Program-made: the position numbers and the translations under genes | DNA from: Vicinamibacterales bacterium | GTDB lineage: Bacteria > Acidobacteriota > Vicinamibacteria > Vicinamibacterales > Fen-181 | Length of the DNA: 64,000 nt | Direction: 5' to 3' | Assembly: GCA_036504215.1 (NCBI GenBank) | Contig: DASXVO010000021.1 | Coordinates: 80,428-144,427 of the forward strand | Shown here: positions 61,420 through 64,000 of the stretch, piece after piece | Layout: every line of letters starts with the position of its first letter | Numbering within the stretch: the stretch's first letter is position 1 | The notes under the pieces: model-generated | The model's database searches: none | What the model was told of the DNA's origin: nothing | Seen by the model: the letters and a program-made list of their open reading frames with translations, nothing else

Positions 61420-61437
61420 TTCGGGAAATGTCCCGAA
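61420..61437. promoter_or_regulatory. perfect palindrome TTCGGGA-N4-TCCCGAA in the sucA / M16 divergent region (operator or 5'-UTR hairpin candidate)
   Basis: A 7-bp inverted repeat with a 4-nt spacer (AATG), ending 19 nt upstream of the sucA ATG at 61401. Confidence 0.3.
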
Positions 61438-61685
61438 GAACAGTGTTGCTTATCGCCCGAGGCCTTGTCCACCGTCGTCCTCCCGGTTTGAAACCGTCCC
61501 CTCAATGCGCGTAAGCTCGGTATGTGAACGCCAATCTGCTCCTGCTCTGTACTTCGACTCGCAATGATGACGCCGGTCGGCGGTCACGGGACGCGGCCGG
61601 TTGTGCTCGCCCAGCATCGAGTCCTGAGGGCACCGATACGTCGCCGTATTCCTGCATCGAAGGACTCAGGAAACGCGCGTCGGCC

Positions 61686-64000
61686 GTGGTCTTCGTGTCG
61701 GCGGTGCTGGCTGCGCTCGGCCTCGCCAGCGCACAGGATCGACCGGCGCCGCCGCCGCCCCAGTCCATCTCGCTCGACCAGCCCGTCCCGGTCGATCCGC
61801 GCATCACGATCGGCTACCTGCCGAACGGCCTCCGGTACTACATTCGCGCCAACGCGCGGCCGTCGCAGCGCGCCGAACTGCGCCTGGTCGTCAACGTCGG
61901 CTCGGTCGTCGAGGATGCCGATCAACGCGGCCTCGCGCACTTCGTCGAGCACATGGCGTTCAACGGCGGCGCGCACTTCGCCAAGCAGGACCTCATCCGG
62001 TTCATGGAATCGATCGGGATGCGCCTCGGTCCGGGTGTCAACGCCGACACGTCGTTCGACGAGACGGTGTACATGCTGCACGTGCCGACCGACAACCCGG
62101 AGGCCATGCGCAATGCGTTCCTGTTCTTTGCCGACGTCGCCCACACGCTGTCGTTCGACGCCGACGCGATCGACAAGGAGCGCGGCGTCATCATCGAGGA
62201 ATGGCGCCAGGGAAGGGGGGCCGCGGCCCGCATGCAGGATCAGCAGGTGCCGACTTTGCTGAGGGGCTCGCTCTACGCCGACCGCAATCCGATCGGCACG
62301 CGCGAGAACATCGAGAGCTTCAAGCCCGAGGTGCTGAAGCGGTTCTACGCCGACTGGTATCGCCCCGATCTGATGGCGGTCATCGCGGTGGGCGACTTCA
62401 ACAAGACCGACGTGGAGCGTCTGACCAAGGAGCAATTCAGCCAGATCCCGGTTCCCGACCAGCGTCGTCCGCGTCCGACGGTCGAGGTGCCGGACCACGC
62501 GGACACCCTCTACGCGATTGCCACCGATCGGGAAGCGACGGTGACGACCGTGGGGCTGTACAACATGCTGCCGCTTCGGGAGCAGCAGTCCGTGGGCGCC
62601 TACCGACGGCAGCAGGTCGAGCGGCTCTACACCAACATGCTCAACTCCCGGCTGATGGAGTTGACGCTGAAGCCCAATCCTCCGTTCATGCGGGCCGGCA
62701 TCTCGCGCGGCATCTTCGTCAAGTCGAAGGAAGCCGCGTCACTGATGGCGCTCGTGAAGGAAGACGGGATCGAGCTGGGCCTGGCAGCGCTCGTCACCGA
62801 ATCCTCACGCGCGGCCCGGTTCGGGTTCACCGCGACGGAACTCGACCGTGAGCGGCGGCAGATCCTCCGGGGATATGAGAGCGCGTTTGCGGAGCGCGAC
62901 AAGGAGGAATCGGCGGATCTCGCGGCAGAGTTCATCCGCGCCTACACGCAGAAGGAACCGACGCCCGGCATGACCTACGAGTACGGGCTGGTGCAACGTT
63001 TCCTGCCGGAGATCACGCTCGACGAAGTGAACACGGTCGCGAAGGACTGGGCCAGTGGCAGCCGGGTGGTCATGGTCAATGCGCCGCAGAAGCCCGGCCT
63101 CGCGGTGCCCGACAGCCAGCAGCTCGCGGCCGTCCTGAAGACCGCTGGGGCGGGTGATGTCAAGGCGTACGTCGACGTCTCGGCCGACCAGCCGTTGCTC
63201 GACCGCATCCCCACTCCCGGAAGCGTCGCAAGGACGGCGACGAAGGAACGGTTCGGCATCACGGAATGGGAATTGTCGAACGGCGTGAAGGTGGTCTTGA
63301 AGCCGACGAGCTTCAAGCAGGACGAGGTCGTCTTCCGCGCCACGAGCCCTGGCGGCACATCGCTCGCCAGCGACAAGGACTGGGTGGCGGCGATGACCGC
63401 CGCACAGGTGATCGGCGCGGGAGGCGTCGGCAAGTTCGACGTCATCCAGCTTCGAAACGCGCTGTCCGGCAAGGCGGCGTCGGTGTCCGCGTTCATCGGT
63501 GACACCGAGGAGGGCCTCGGCGGCGGTGCGTCGCCAAAGGACCTCGAGACGATGTTCCAGCTCATCTACCTGACGTTCACGCAGCCGAGGGCGGACACGG
63601 CCGCCTTCCAGATGGTGACGTCCCAGATGAGGGCGATGCTGGCGAACCAGCAGGCCAGTCCCGAGTGGGCGTTCAGGCACATGCTCGGGACGACGCTTGC
63701 GCAGAACCATTTCCGCGCGCGGCCGATGACGCCCGCGATGGTGGACGAGATGGACCTGCAGCGGTCCTTCGCGTTCTACCGGGACCGGTTCGCCGATGCC
63801 AGCGATTTCACGTTCGTGTTCGCGGGGAGCTTCGACGTGGCGACGATCCGGCCGCTCGTCGAGCGGTATCTCGCGTCGCTGCCGTCGCTCCGCCGTCGCG
63901 AGACGTGGAAGAACGAGGGGATCACGCCGCCGCAGGGCGTCGTGGAGAAGGTGGTGCGGAAGGGGATCGAGCCCAAGAGCCAGGCCGCCATCGTCTTCAC
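61686..64000 (+). CDS. M16 (pitrilysin) family zinc peptidase, secreted; 3' end outside the window and start uncertain
   Basis: The frame is open from 61515 to the window end, so it has no stop and is absent from the track. Hand translation gives ..RKRASAVVFVSAVLAALGLASAQ.. (signal peptide), ITIGYLPNGLRYY, an inverted zinc motif HFVEH and ERGVIIEEWR. The only canonical starts in frame are GTG 61524 and GTG 61686. Confidence 0.8.
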   Translation, partial: MVFVSAVLAALGLASAQDRPAPPPPQSISLDQPVPVDPRITIGYLPNGLRYYIRANARPSQRAELRLVVNVGSVVEDADQRGLAHFVEHMAFNGGAHFAKQDLIRFMESIGMRLGPGVNADTSFDETVYMLHVPTDNPEAMRNAFLFFADVAHTLSFDADAIDKERGVIIEEWRQGRGAAARMQDQQVPTLLRGSLYADRNPIGTRENIESFKPEVLKRFYADWYRPDLMAVIAVGDFNKTDVERLTKEQFSQIPVPDQRRPRPTVEVPDHADTLYAIATDREATVTTVGLYNMLPLREQQSVGAYRRQQVERLYTNMLNSRLMELTLKPNPPFMRAGISRGIFVKSKEAASLMALVKEDGIELGLAALVTESSRAARFGFTATELDRERRQILRGYESAFAERDKEESADLAAEFIRAYTQKEPTPGMTYEYGLVQRFLPEITLDEVNTVAKDWASGSRVVMVNAPQKPGLAVPDSQQLAAVLKTAGAGDVKAYVDVSADQPLLDRIPTPGSVARTATKERFGITEWELSNGVKVVLKPTSFKQDEVVFRATSPGGTSLASDKDWVAAMTAAQVIGAGGVGKFDVIQLRNALSGKAASVSAFIGDTEEGLGGGASPKDLETMFQLIYLTFTQPRADTAAFQMVTSQMRAMLANQQASPEWAFRHMLGTTLAQNHFRARPMTPAMVDEMDLQRSFAFYRDRFADASDFTFVFAGSFDVATIRPLVERYLASLPSLRRRETWKNEGITPPQGVVEKVVRKGIEPKSQAAIVF

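Noticed and set aside
1-64000. Search for CRISPR arrays, IS elements/transposases, integrases, tRNA/rRNA genes and long tandem repeats.
   Set aside because: No regularly spaced direct repeats, no DDE or tyrosine-recombinase-like ORFs, no tRNA cloverleaf candidates and no rRNA-like stretches were seen by eye. The only repeats found are the short ones listed above. A computational scan (tRNAscan-SE, Infernal, ISEScan, minced) would be needed to be definitive.

Overview
This is a 64-kb, GC-rich (roughly two-thirds G+C by eye) bacterial chromosomal segment with about 50 tightly packed protein-coding genes on both strands. I saw no rRNA, tRNA, CRISPR array, transposase, integrase or prophage signature. 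The gene content includes glgP, sucA, heme A synthase, a MacAB-type pump, many secreted peptidases, a BNR/sortilin-like giant protein and FHA/cNMP signalling. That mix suggests a soil Acidobacteriota- or Gemmatimonadota-like organism, but this is inference only. Because of the GC content, the six-frame track is full of long antisense and over-extended ORFs. I chose calls by recognisable catalytic motifs, signal peptides, Shine-Dalgarno spacing and stop/start coupling, and derived coordinates from the ORF track by codon counting. The most unusual locus is 3581-11103, a divergent four-gene module. It contains an FHA-GAF-class III nucleotidyl cyclase with Glu at the purine-specifying position. 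It contains two paralogous protein-kinase-like proteins whose catalytic-loop Asp is replaced by Ser, one fused to a cNMP-binding domain and one to an MqsA-type zinc ribbon. It also contains a 1059-aa FHA / cNMP-binding-like / degenerate sigma54-type AAA+ protein that carries a NapH/CcoG-like membrane polyferredoxin where a DNA-binding domain would normally sit. Other notable points: a DsbB-like protein with a single CxxC fused to a Cys-free periplasmic domain, preceded by an untracked 55-codon membrane ORF. A gene-decay patch holds a Ser/Thr-kinase N-terminal remnant and a methyltransferase whose SAM-binding motif I has been deleted. A 34-nt copy of the sucA 3' end lies 3.9 kb away. A GT-C/GT2/methyltransferase trio is coupled by ATGA overlaps. 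Several promoter, leader and hairpin candidates are listed.
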